Assembly (NCBI GenBank): GCA_000934665.2
Contig: KZ538352.1
Coordinates: 60,662-80,661, forward strand
Origin: Catajapyx aquilonaris
Lineage: Eukaryota
DNA: 20,000 bases
Direction of reading: 5' to 3'
In this document: piece after piece, positions 1-10,537 of the stretch
How positions within the stretch are numbered: position 1 is the stretch's first letter
Layout of the letters: each line of letters starts with the position of its first letter
The notes under the pieces: model-generated
The model's database searches: none
Seen by the model: the letters and a program-made list of their open reading frames with translations, nothing else
Told to the model about the DNA's origin: nothing
Program-made: the position numbers and the translations under genes

Positions 1-246
1 CCCCCCTTCCATTTCAGACGAGCCACGCACGTTTTGCCCCATCCAACCATTACACTATCGTCACCTTATCAGTCCCGTCTATCCTCTTCCAACCCCCTAC
101 CATTTATTAACCGAGGGGCTGGGTGCTGGAGAGAAAAAAAAAGACAAGGGACATGAGTGCACACATTCCACCTGCCTATTCAGGAAAAGGAGACGATAAA
201 GAAAAGTTTTAATGGCACTCGATGTATACGTAAATAAATAAATAGA

Positions 247-335
247 TGGCTAGGAGTGACTCTGTCCATACACGTGTTGACTCATCACCAACGTGCATTA
301 GTTGCCACCGTTCAATAATGGCAGTGCACGACAGG
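247..335 (+). repeat. Dispersed repeat B, copy 1
   Basis: TGGCTAG..GTGACT.TGTCC...GTTGACTCATCACCAA.GTGCAT...ATGGCAGT...GACAGG is colinear with 10002-10095. Confidence 0.65.
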
Positions 336-2023
336 TTCGCTGTTTATAGCGGTCAGAGGTTGGGACACACTTTAACGAGGCGAGACACGTGGAAAATTAG
401 CAACAATATTGCGAGGCGTCTTACAATGTGTGGATTGTTTCTAAAGGAGGGCGTACCGGTAATACCAGTATCAAGGCACTGGATAGGGAAGGATTTTTAT
501 GGCTGATCTTCCAAACGTTAGGATTTTTTCTCGGGCGGTATAATAAACGGGGATGCTTATGCTAATTGGCATTATTATTATAACGGTTATAGCTTACAAG
601 ATTAGGATGTGTAAATAGCAGCGATTTACATATGATTTGTTTTCGATAGAGACGCACTTTTTTTTAAAATGAAATGACTTGATCAGCTCGAATTTGTCAT
701 CATTTTTTTAAAAAAAGTTCGTTACAATATTTCTTAAGCCAAGCCCAGATATTTACGACCTGTTTGCAACGACTGGTGCCAGATTGGTTCAAAATAAACC
801 CATTTCAGCCTCCATATATTTTAAAAATAATATCAACCTAAAAATGAGCGAACCCAATAATTATTGCCAGTTTGCAGCCTTGACTTCAATACGACGATCA
901 AACTAACGCATCTCCAGACCATCCAGACCAAGGGGTTGATGAACCCGATTATACACTGTCGCCCCCCTTTTACAATGTGACATAAATATTCAGCTCACAT
1001 AATTTACATACTTGCTCACATGCTCCTTGACACACTACTAGGGGGGGTTCACATGGGTCGTTTGTATGGGTTTGGATGACCTATCAGAGAGGGACACGCG
1101 TAATAGCCGCACGACCACTGGCCGCCATTTTGTTGAGGCTATCGGCCATTTTGTAGCCGTGGCTGTGACGTGGCACGATGTGATTGGCTGATTCAACCGA
1201 CTGGCCGCCATTTTGTTGCGACTGGCGGCCATTTTGTCGCTAACTAGTCGCAAACGACAGACGGCTATGTGAACCCAGTTTTTTTTTTTGAGCGATTCTT
1301 CCGCACTAACAACCATGCTGTCCCGCCATTTATCTGAACTCAGGCGGGGAATAAATTAGAGGTCAATCAGGGCAGGTGAGGCTCGGGGTTCGGTGAAGTC
1401 GTGCCTCAGATAAATTATGCAGCTCGTTAGAAGGCGGAGGTGCCTTTAGGTCGGGAGCTTAGAAAAAGAACCCCCCCCCCTTTCTTTTTGTTGTTGTTCC
1501 TTTTCCATGTCCACAGCCCCAGTCTTTTTAGATCCGGAGGAACAATGGAGGCAGCGATAGCAATGGGGTGGAACGCCCGTTACAAGGCCAAGGTATACTG
1601 CGGTCAGGTTTTTCAAAACCGCAAAGTACTGTCCGGTAACGTCCAGAAGAACCAGAAATATGTGCCTAGAGGTTGTTGCACTCAGCATATGACACCCCAC
1701 TAACCATCCCAGTATGTGTAGGCTTGTTAACTCGTTAGCGGCCCGTCACGAATCCATCCCCCTTTCCTCTAGGGGTCTTAAACATTATTTTTTTATTTAA
1801 AAAAAAAAAAAACGTTTTCCACGCGACCACTTTCTCCAGTCTTTTATGGCCTCCTTCAAACTGGGCAAGGTTTTTCTGTATCAATTGACGCATCTTTATG
1901 GTACCTCTAATCTGGGTCTAATAACGCCCGAGGACCTTCCACTGTCAATCAACTCTTATTATGGAGATGGCCAGTGTCTATAATTTAAAAAAAATAGTCC
2001 AGCCCACGCCCATTTCCCGTTCC

Positions 2024-2075
2024 CGAGCGAAGCGAGTGGAGCCTCCGCCCTAGAAAAATCCTCGCTTCGCTCTCG
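2024..2075. repeat. GAGCGAAGCGAG-type repeat fragment forming a hairpin
   Basis: GAGCGAAGCGAG (2025-2036) / CTCGCTTCGCTC (2061-2072) surround CGCCCTAGAAAA; related to 6722-6780 in opposite orientation. Confidence 0.6.
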
Positions 2076-2179
2076 TTTTTGTAATGTGCAAGCTCAGAAA
2101 ACCACTTGCTCCTAGAAAACCGCCCTCGTTTTACTAGTTATTGTTTAAAAAATATATTTAATATGTTCGCAACGAAATA

Positions 2180-2185
2180 TTTATT
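2180..2185 (-). other. Candidate polyadenylation signal for Fz4
   Basis: AATAAA on the minus strand about 700 nt past the Fz4 stop, followed by AT-rich sequence. Confidence 0.4.
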
Positions 2186-2891
2186 GTACAAAATGTTGGC
2201 ACTTTACAATGACTAAAAATATTTACATTGCGTCTGTACAATGACTACAATCTGAACACAGTGTCCAAAATAGGTCAGGATAAAATGGCACCTTAAACTG
2301 GAAGTAAACGTACTGTACAAACATGAAAGGCACGTAAGAAATCACAGGGGGGTGTTTCCAGTCTCCAATAAGCGTACCGGGGAGTAATTGAGTACCGAGG
2401 ATAATTACAAATATTGGCAATATGTAAAACCAGCTTTCACTCAAGACTCAAGGCTTGAGGTCATTATTAGTGGCTTAATGACGGCCCACATTTTTTGTTT
2501 AAAACAATTAATGAGATCGGACTCTTGAACACTTTGTAATGGCACTGTACATGTTGGCACTAAATGCATCGTCATGGGAACAATTGGCATGCATATCACC
2601 GGACTTTACACTAGTTTACACATATTCTCAGGATGCATCGTAGCACCACCTGCGATGCTCATCGTCCAAACAGTCCCCAACCAACGTCCATCTCCTCTCC
2701 TCCTGATGCTCAGGTCTTCTCCTCTGCTGCTTCTTGGTAGCCACAGTCTTCCTACCGGCCACCACCTCCTTCTCCATGAACCGCAGTTCCCATGAGAACC
2801 TGTCCGAGTCAGAGGCCAGGTCATCTGGCTCTTCGGTCCATGGTTGATGCTGAGGAAGACCTTGAGCTGGTCGCTGGTTGGGTGCCCCCAG

Positions 2892-3499
2892 TCAGACTGC
2901 TGTCTCGCTGCCCCACCTCCGATGACCATGCTTGCATCTGTGGGACGACCTGTGGTGTCTGCCAGGTACAGCCACTAAAGGTGCTGCTGCAGCAACCACA
3001 GGACTCTGGAGGTACGGAGGCAACGGCTTCTTCTTCCTGGCGACATGCCTGAACAGCCTGGTCCACGCCTGGAGTGTCTTCCCACTCCATACCCACATCC
3101 CTGAGGTAATACCCACCACTAGGGACATGAATATCTTCAGCATGAACACCTCCATGTTAGGCTGCGGCAGGGACGTCAATGGCGACCCAGGAGGAGGTGC
3201 TGCCAACCACCGTTCTCGTGACAGGTACTCGTAGAAGAGACTTCCAACCACACACGCTGCTGGTATGGTGTACAGGAAAGTGAAGAACCCGATTCGAGTC
3301 GTCAGCACCTCCAGTTTGTCCGCCTTGTTCAATGGCAGCTTTCCTTGCTGGCACGACGGAGGGTTGCGACGACGTGCCCTGAAGATGGCCAGGAATCCAG
3401 CCAGAAGAAAGGACGAACCCAGGACCAGGTAGATGAACTGTGGTATCAACACGAAGCCAACCAGTGACTTAGTGTTGCGGTTGCCCACGTAACAAACAC
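2892..3499 (-). CDS. FZD4: Frizzled-4-like, coding exon 3 (TM5-TM7, KTxxxW, PDZ-binding C-terminus)
   Basis: Acceptor TTTTTGCAG|GT gives GVCYVGN. Contains MLKIFMSLVVGITSGMWVWSGKTLQAW and ends GSETAV-TGA (vertebrate FZD4 ends GSETVV). Confidence 0.95.
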
Positions 3500-3622
3500 C
3501 TGCAAAAATGATTTTAATTAATTAATAACTAGTAGCGAACCCGCAATTTGGCAACGCTGCCCAGCCCGCCCTCTCTGCACACTACTGCATGCACGTTGGT
3601 GATGAGTTGACTTTCTACCAAC

Positions 3623-3789
3623 CTGTGAGCTCATCAGCGTCCACTCTTCGCATGACCAACACCGCGATGGTTTTGGCAGCCGGAAAACACCATGCCAGAA
3701 GATGGAAGAAGGACGAGTGTCGCTGCAAAGTGTCATGGTCCCAACCAAGTCCGGCGGCCAGAAACCACGTCAAAGTCAGGATCAACCAC
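3623..3789 (-). CDS. FZD4: Frizzled-4-like, coding exon 2 (end of TM3, TM4)
   Basis: Translates as (W)[55 protein letters not shown](G). Acceptor ...AAAAAG|G, donor G|GTTGGT; phases match both neighbours. Confidence 0.95.
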
Positions 3790-4391
3790 CTTTTTGCATG
3801 CATAGAAAAAAAAAACAATGGGTTAATGAGATCACGCCACTTTTGTGTTTTGCAAAGAAATTAATTAATCCGGTCTTATCTTATCAAACGTGATAAATGA
3901 ACACGTGGCAACAGCGTGGGTACAGTGACTATTTATGCCCAAGCCAAAAAAAACAACAACCAAACAGTAAAAACAAGGCGGTACAATCGGGTGTTCACGG
4001 ACAACGTCATGCCAATTACTAATTTTTTTTTGTGTCCAAATTTTAAGCTCATCCTGACAGCCGCCCTATTCTAGTTATTAATCCAAGAGTCAACTATCAG
4101 ATTTTAATGGCGCCCACTTTCCTTCCACCCATGGCTGGCTTCCTGTTGACAGCTAATAATCTGCTATCTACCATCTTTTTTTTAAAAAAAAAATCTTTAA
4201 AAAATGTAATTGGAGCAACCGGTGTTAAAAAGGAGGTTAAACAAAAATGCGCGCATGAGATAATACTATACTATCATAGTGCTACTGCATGCCACGCCTG
4301 GCCTCATTACTTGTTTACGCACTCTGCACTTGTCAGTCAAAAAATGAGGCCAGTACATTAATTACTTGGGCCAAAAAAGAGTAATGTATAC

Positions 4392-4556
4392 GTACACAGT
4401 ACTGTATATGTACTCTCTTGTACACAGTACTGTATATGTACTGTCTAGTACACAGTACTGTATAAGTACTGTCTTGTACACAGTATTGTATAAGTACTGC
4501 CTTGTACACAGTACTGTATAAGTACTGTCTAGTAGACAGTACTGAGACAGTACTGC
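4392..4556. repeat. 28-bp minisatellite (about 5.5 copies) in Fz4 intron 1
   Basis: Units GTACACAGTACTGTATA(T/A)GTACT(G/C)TCT(T/A) start at 4392, 4420, 4448, 4476 and 4504, with a degenerate unit at 4532. Confidence 0.9.
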
Positions 4557-4615
4557 ATAAGAGACATCTAGAGGATGTGTTGTCATTTTAAGCACGTAGT
4601 TTAAACCGGACTTAC

Positions 4616-5673
4616 CATACTGCAGTTGCGGTACCGAAGTAATACAGTAGCAGAAACACTATGGCGCAGTTGGTATTGCCAAGTCCGTCCTGTGCTAGGA
4701 GTGTGTCGTTGTTTTGGCTGTCCAAATGACATGCGATGGCGTCTCGACCGGCCACTACTCGTACGAGGTATCCGACACTGTACAGGTTGTAGCACAAGCT
4801 TAAGAACACGATGGATCGTTCGGGGTACCGGAACCTTGCAGCGTCGATGAGAAACGTGAGGACAGTAAACAGCGTTGATATGAAGCAAATACTGGCCCAG
4901 ACGGCCATCCAAACTTCGGCGAACTTTTTGTCCTTCTTGAGGAACAGTATGTCCGCATCGCACAGGTGTGAACACCGCTCGGTACGGTTCAGGTACAGGT
5001 ACTTGTCCGGTTGTCTGTACTGGCTGCATAGTCCTGTTGTCTTTTTGGGAGGTACCGGTGCTGGTTTGTCCACGTCGTGTCTGTTGGCCGGAAAGGAGTT
5101 CCACTGCGGACTTGTCGAAGCAGGTGGTGGTCCTGCACCAGCGCCTGTCACTTCTTCACCAGGTCCTTCCATGCACATATGCAGATGGTTATTCTCCTCT
5201 GGAAACTTGGAACAGTTAAGTCCAGGCGGCCATGGAAAACCAAACTCCTGTAGAACCGGATGACACCTCTCTTTAACCGCCTCGCAGAACGGCCTACAAG
5301 GTCCGATCGGTTCGGCCACTTTCTCCGTACACATCGGCACATACACTGAGCACAAAAAGAACCGCAGTTGACTCGAACACCTGTACTGTATCAACGGTGT
5401 GAACGTCTGAAGCTGCAGATCCGCATCACTCTGCAGATCATGCCCAACCAAATTGGGCATACCGGTATCGTTGTACCCCAGGTCCTTGCACAACTCTATC
5501 CTAATGGGTTCGCACGACTTGGAACCATCTGCTGGCCCCATGATCCATCCCGCCAGCACCAGCACCACCAGCCCCAACATACTGATCCAGCCTGGGCCGG
5601 GGTCTAGCGCGGAATGAGAACCCGCTTTCCCATTGCCCAGGCTCCCCCATCTGATAAAAGGCCGCACACACAT
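4616..5673 (-). CDS. FZD4: Frizzled-4-like Wnt receptor, coding exon 1 (signal peptide, CRD, linker, TM1 to most of TM3)
   Basis: The CRD CEPIRIELCKDLGYNDTGMPNLVGHDLQSDADLQLQTFTPLIQYRCSSQLRFFLCSVYVPMCTEK...HMCMEGPGEE closely resembles the FZD4 CRD, and RFRYPERSIVFLSLCY is a Frizzled motif. The exon ends TG|GTAAG (phase 2) at 4616. The start is ambiguous: the first in-frame ATG is 5673, while ATG 5580 directly precedes a signal-peptide-like stretch (MLGLVVLVLAGWIMGPADG). Confidence 0.93.
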
Positions 5674-6721
5674 TCCTCCACCGGCAAACAGGTTCAAGCT
5701 GCTTGGCAACGGGGGGGCTTTGCAAGAGGCTTTTGAGGGACCCAAGGCAACGTTGCCATCTGTGGAAAAGCCAGAGGAAGATGGCTTGAGAGGCAAGGCA
5801 GGGCAGGATTATCTACGCCCACTAGTTTTTCAAACGGGTAGTTTATTCCTGAGAGATTGGATTGGCTTCAAGGGCGGGTCTGGGGTGCCAAGTTCAGAAA
5901 CATTGTCAACGAGTATGTTGATGAGATGTAAGATTATCAAGTGGGAACATACAACAGCACACCATCGAGAAGTACACAATTTTTACTCTAGGAGTTTGAC
6001 CTGGGTGCAAAAAAAAACCAGTTCTGACCAACTGTTCAAATAATTCTGAACCATCATCGGGTCCTTATTGCGACCTCCAGTACGTGTACCCAGGTCGTGC
6101 ATGTTTCTCTCGTAAATTTCGGAGTTGATGAACCCGGAAGAGGCGTCTCCGGAGTCCTCTACAGTGACACCCCCCCATCAGGGATTAAACCTGGTTCCAA
6201 ATATAGCCTCCGTTTACTAAAACACACACACATACTGACAGCCCCCTACTTGAATTCATCACTGGGTAGGAAAGGTAAACCATTTTGGCTCCACGGTTGG
6301 GTCGTTATCTGTCCCGGTTTAGTTGGAGGAACCTGAAAGGTCAAAAGCACCTTTTGAGGGGGCCAGGGGGCTATAAAAATCACGGTGTCGTAAAAATTTA
6401 TGTCCCGCCATCACTCTCCGCGAGGACTGTTGCGTTTCTTTTGACACTTTTTGGACGGACGGTCCGAGAGGTCTGGGAGTGGTAAATCACTAGGTGTGTA
6501 CCACCCGGTGGCAGCTGGTCGACTAATGAAGACCACGCACTTCCTCCAATTAACACCCAAGTAGAAAACGGATGCAAAAAGCCGGCTTCAAAATTACAAG
6601 GATCTTCCGACCGGTTGCGACAACGTCACATCGTTTACCTGACAGGTTAATTTAAAGGCGTGAAAGTTCCCACAAATTTCTGGCACAATATTTTTTTAAC
6701 ACCAATCTATATAGAAAAACC

Positions 6722-6780
6722 CTCGCTTCGCTCATAATTTTCTAGGGCGCAGGTCTCCATAAAGCCTCTCGCTTCGCTCG
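6722..6780. repeat. GAGCGAAGCGAG-type repeat fragment
   Basis: CTCGCTTCGCTC at 6722 and 6768 with TTTTCTAGGGCG between them. Confidence 0.6.
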
Positions 6781-6924
6781 ATTCCCCTCCCCCCAAGTAA
6801 GCGTGGATAGTATAGTTATTACCACGTGGGCGCGCCAACAGGTAGTGGCATGATAATATGGTACTACGTCCAAGTGGGGGCCGGGCTAGGCAGTGTTGCC
6901 AAATTTTGGGTTCAATACTACACG

Positions 6925-7330
6925 ATATAAATGAATATGAAACGATAAAATAATACTATAGAAAATAAATAAAAATACAGTATAAACTATATTAATAAAT
7001 GAAAATACAGTATATTAATAAATGAAAATACAGTATATTAATAAATGAAAATAAAATAGTATAAACGATATTAATAAATGAAAATAGTATAAATAGATAT
7101 AATTGAGATAAATTGACACAATATAGATAAATAAAATATCAATCAAATATAATATAGATAGCCTACATATAAATACACCAATAGATAAATGTAGCCTAAA
7201 TATAAATAATGTACTGTAGGTAGATAAAAATAAGTAGATAAATATAAATAATGTAGGTAGATAAAAATAAGTAGATAAATATAAATAATGTTGGTAGATA
7301 ACAATAAATAGATAAAGATAAAAAGATAAT
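6925..7330. repeat. AT-rich low-complexity region with 23-bp and 37-bp tandem duplications
   Basis: ATTAATAAATGAAAATACAGTAT is repeated from 6991. TGTAGGTAGATAAAAATAAGTAGATAAATATAAATAA occurs at 7215 and 7252, with a partial copy at 7289. Confidence 0.85.
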
Positions 7331-7343
7331 GGGTTTACGAACG

Positions 7344-7589
7344 CAACCTAGTGCGCACCCACACTCGCGCAGCTCCATTGTGCTGACAGCAATGTTGCCA
7401 GAGTTACTCCCCAAGGACCAAACACCCGTTGCCTCTGAGCTTTGGCAACGTCGCAAACTTCGACAATTTTGTTTCTCTCCCAAGCGTAGCGTTGGAAATA
7501 AGTGCAGCGCTTATATACAGATAGCTTACCAACTATCGTTGTTAATGCCAACCGTGCATGCTGCGCATACTATGGTGCGCATTCGGTTT
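7344..7589. mobile_element. MITE family A, copy 1
   Basis: Degenerate TIRs CAACCTAGTGCGCACC / GGTGCGCATTCGGTTT; colinear similarity to 10202-10537. Confidence 0.75.
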
Positions 7590-9612
7590 CAAATATTATT
7601 ATAATATTTAAATGTAAAGACTAAAGAGCGACACTGAGCAACGGTTTGTCATTTATGGTGTTGGTGTGAGAGGACCATTGACCTGAAACCGCATTGCTTA
7701 CACGGTTTAATAGCAGTTTAGCAGATGTTGCTAGTTGATTAATTGCCCATGGTTGCCTACAGACTAGAAGATGCTGGCAACCATGCCCTCTGTCCAACCA
7801 CCACAATGGAGGGAGGCCCCACCAGAAACCCCCTGTGCAACCTCCTGTGGTGAAAAGAGCCAGGAAGTTCTTAGGCCATCTGCTTTTCTTAGAGGGGGGA
7901 CCTCCAGATGAAATAGTATGCACCCCTCTCCCTCCCTTCTTCTTCCTTTATCCCTCCCACCCACTTCCAAAAACCAACCTCCCCCTCCCCCAAAAACTGT
8001 AGACCTTTGCCTTCCCCATGGGGCCTGGCAGAAGATTATTTTGGTTCCAAGGGAGGGGGGGGATAGGGTGGCCCCCAAACTGTCGACCGGAAAAACCTCA
8101 GCGGAGAGCCCCAGAAAAATAAGCATCATTAGGCACTTACCCTCACGAAAAAAGAAAAAAAAAGAAAAGAAAAACCATAGAAAAAAAATATATGAAGGAA
8201 GGAAACCATTTTTTTTTTTGCTCTTGGTGTCAACCTGGGGTTCAACAAGGAAGAAGTCTGGCCCATATAAATAAATGCCACGCTTGCTTTCACGCTTACT
8301 TTTGACACACTCGGTAGCAAAAACCATTTTAATAGTTGATGGCCATCTTACTTGAGATGTTATTGGCACACCTGCCCAGTGCAAGGGTGCTGTCCAAATA
8401 AGGGAACAACAATCAACAGAAGTAAATGTGTGACCAGCATCAGTTTTTTTTTTTTTTCATTATTCTCATCTGAGGTGGCCAGTCATGCCTCGGTTAGCGG
8501 ATTCAATATTATGCTGATGTGGCAATGACTCTATCGTCAAGAATGGCAACCAACTTTTGATGAACTCTCCTTATCGGTTGGTTTGGTCATTGCCATCTTG
8601 CAAGCAGAGGCGCTTCTTAACAAGAAAGAATAATAGGCCATAGGAATGATTGACTGGTTAGGTATTTTCTAAAGGTGCTTTTGCCCCCTCGATGGATTCG
8701 CCTCCCCCTCAGTCTAAATATAGCTTCAGGTTGATTGAGTACCTGTGGCTGATGTCGGTAACATATGTGCACCGTTGATAAAGAGTCGCCTTTTGGACTG
8801 GACCGGCATTGCTAAAGATAAAGGCTCTTCAACAGTTCAATGTGTGCCTGCTACTTCAGCTTTTTTTCCCTCGTAATTAGCAAAAGTATCAGATGACCTG
8901 GTTATCAGGTGCATATATGGCCTATGACCTCAGTCGTAAAATAGGTGGGCGTATTGCTATAACTGCACGTCGTAAATGATATCATTTGAAGGAAGTTTAC
9001 TCCCACGTATGACAAATGAGGTCATAATTAAGATACACTGTGTTGATTTATTTAATTGTTTCGACTAATTCCGTCACAACTGTCCACATTAGGTCATCAG
9101 GGTCAACGCACTGCCCGCACCTGCGTGAGTTCTTCAAAATATGCCAAGTACACACTTACACACAGACACAAAAAAAAAGGTCAAGGCATCTCCTCAACAA
9201 GCACCTGACAATCCGATAATTACAAAACATTGTCCAGACCAGCCAAAAGCCATGCAATATACAAACAAGGGGCCGTCCTTGTTATTATACTTTTGCTGAC
9301 ATACAAATTACATGGTTGGAGCACAGAATAAAGCGAGGGACCGTAAGAAGAAGAAGAAGAAGAAAAAAAAAATGTTGGCCTCGGGGCAAACGCTCGAGAA
9401 AATCGTGGCTGGGACCGTGGGGAGGGCCAAATTGCTCCTAATGGCACAGGGTTGACCAGGCAGAGATGACCTGACTGAGCAATGAAAAAAAAACGGTACA
9501 TGACCCCCGAAATTATCATGGGCCTGTAATCTTATTTATGTTTATCAACCCAAATTACACCTGCTCTAATTAGGCCTAAATGCATGGTAACCCGGACAAA
9601 CAAGCTGATGCC

Positions 9613-9977
9613 AGGGAGCATATACATAAAGAGGCGCAAACATTCGGTTTCCGCGTCTCTCTGTTTGGGGCTGTTGCCAAGGCTGGCGGCCATTTTGAAG
9701 TGTGGGTAACGCCAACTAGTTATAAATAGGGTACAGGCAAAAATAGGGTCCGCCATCTTTGATTCACGCGTGTTCTTGCCGTGTAGTTGCCATGGCCGCC
9801 AAAACCATCAAAGATATGGCGGACCCTATTTTTGCCTGTACCCTATTTATACCTCGTTGGCGTTCCCCACACTTCAAAATGGCCGCCAGCCTTGGCAACA
9901 GCCCCAAACAGAGAGACGCGAACATCAAAGGCGCCGACAGAAGTTTGCGCCTCTTACGTCGGTAGTATATGCTCCCT
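9613..9977. mobile_element. Large palindromic MITE/foldback-like element
   Basis: Termini AGGGAGCATATAC / GTATATGCTCCCT, sub-terminal AGAGGCGCAAAC / GTTTGCGCCTCT, and near-perfect inner arms 9652-9763 / 9807-9920. No transposase ORF. Confidence 0.8.
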
Positions 9978-10001
9978 ACTGATGCCTTTATCGCATAGAA
10001 T

Positions 10002-10095
10002 TGGCTAGACGTGACTATGTCCTAGGCGTTGACTCATCACCAAGGTGCATGTAGTTACGATAGTTACCACGAGATGGCAGTAGTGTGCAGACAGG
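10002..10095 (+). repeat. Dispersed repeat B, copy 2
   Basis: Shares the 16-bp exact core GTTGACTCATCACCAA (10028-10043 vs 276-291) and flanking blocks with 247-335. Confidence 0.65.
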
Positions 10096-10201
10096 GAGCA
10101 ATTCGCGACATCTGTTAGTGGCATATCATACTAGACAGGGCGGTGTTGCCAAATTTTGGCACAGGATTCACTGCGCACTATAGGTGGTTTTTTAACGAGC
10201 T

Positions 10202-10537
10202 CAACCGAGTGCGCACCAACACTCACGCAGCTCCAAGGAGTGTTGCCAAATTTCGGCACTGGATTCACTACTATAGGTGATTGGGGGGGGATCAACCAAT
10301 ATTGCGCACGGCTCGCGCAGCTCCGAACAATGTTGCCAGAGTTACTCCCCATGAGCCAATAACTAACCCTTCGTTAGTTCTAGAGTCTTGGCAACGTCGC
10401 AAACGCAGGCCATTTTATTCCCTCCCCCAATCGTAGCGTTGGAAATAAGTGCATCACCCACTATAGAGAGAGCTTACACGATATCATCGTTATTGCCAAC
10501 CCTGCAAGCTGCGCGTACTAAGGTGCGCACTCGGTTG
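10202..10537. mobile_element. MITE family A, copy 2
   Basis: Perfect 16-bp TIR CAACCGAGTGCGCACC / GGTGCGCACTCGGTTG. Internal blocks (AATGTTGCCAGAGTTACTCCCCA, TTGGCAACGTCGCAAAC, CGTAGCGTTGGAAATAAGTGCA) are shared with 7344-7589. Confidence 0.8.

Noticed and set aside
1440..1703. Overlapping 84-87 aa ORFs on both strands
   Set aside because: No recognisable homology and no consistent exon chain.
4392..4556. CRISPR-like array
   Set aside because: The units are contiguous with no unique spacers, lie in a eukaryotic intron, and no cas genes are present.
4601..5607. Antisense and alternate-frame ORFs over the Fz4 exon (and likewise over REPS exons)
   Set aside because: Expected shadow ORFs of GC-rich coding sequence.
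7621..8384. ORFs of 100-206 aa upstream of Fz4
   Set aside because: Low complexity from homopolymer runs and no recognisable domain. A donor-like GTAAGT at 8140 may mark a UTR exon but cannot be supported.
9532..10008. Near-identical ORFs on both strands (MADPIFACTLFI...)
   Set aside because: Artefact of the inverted repeat; not a gene pair.
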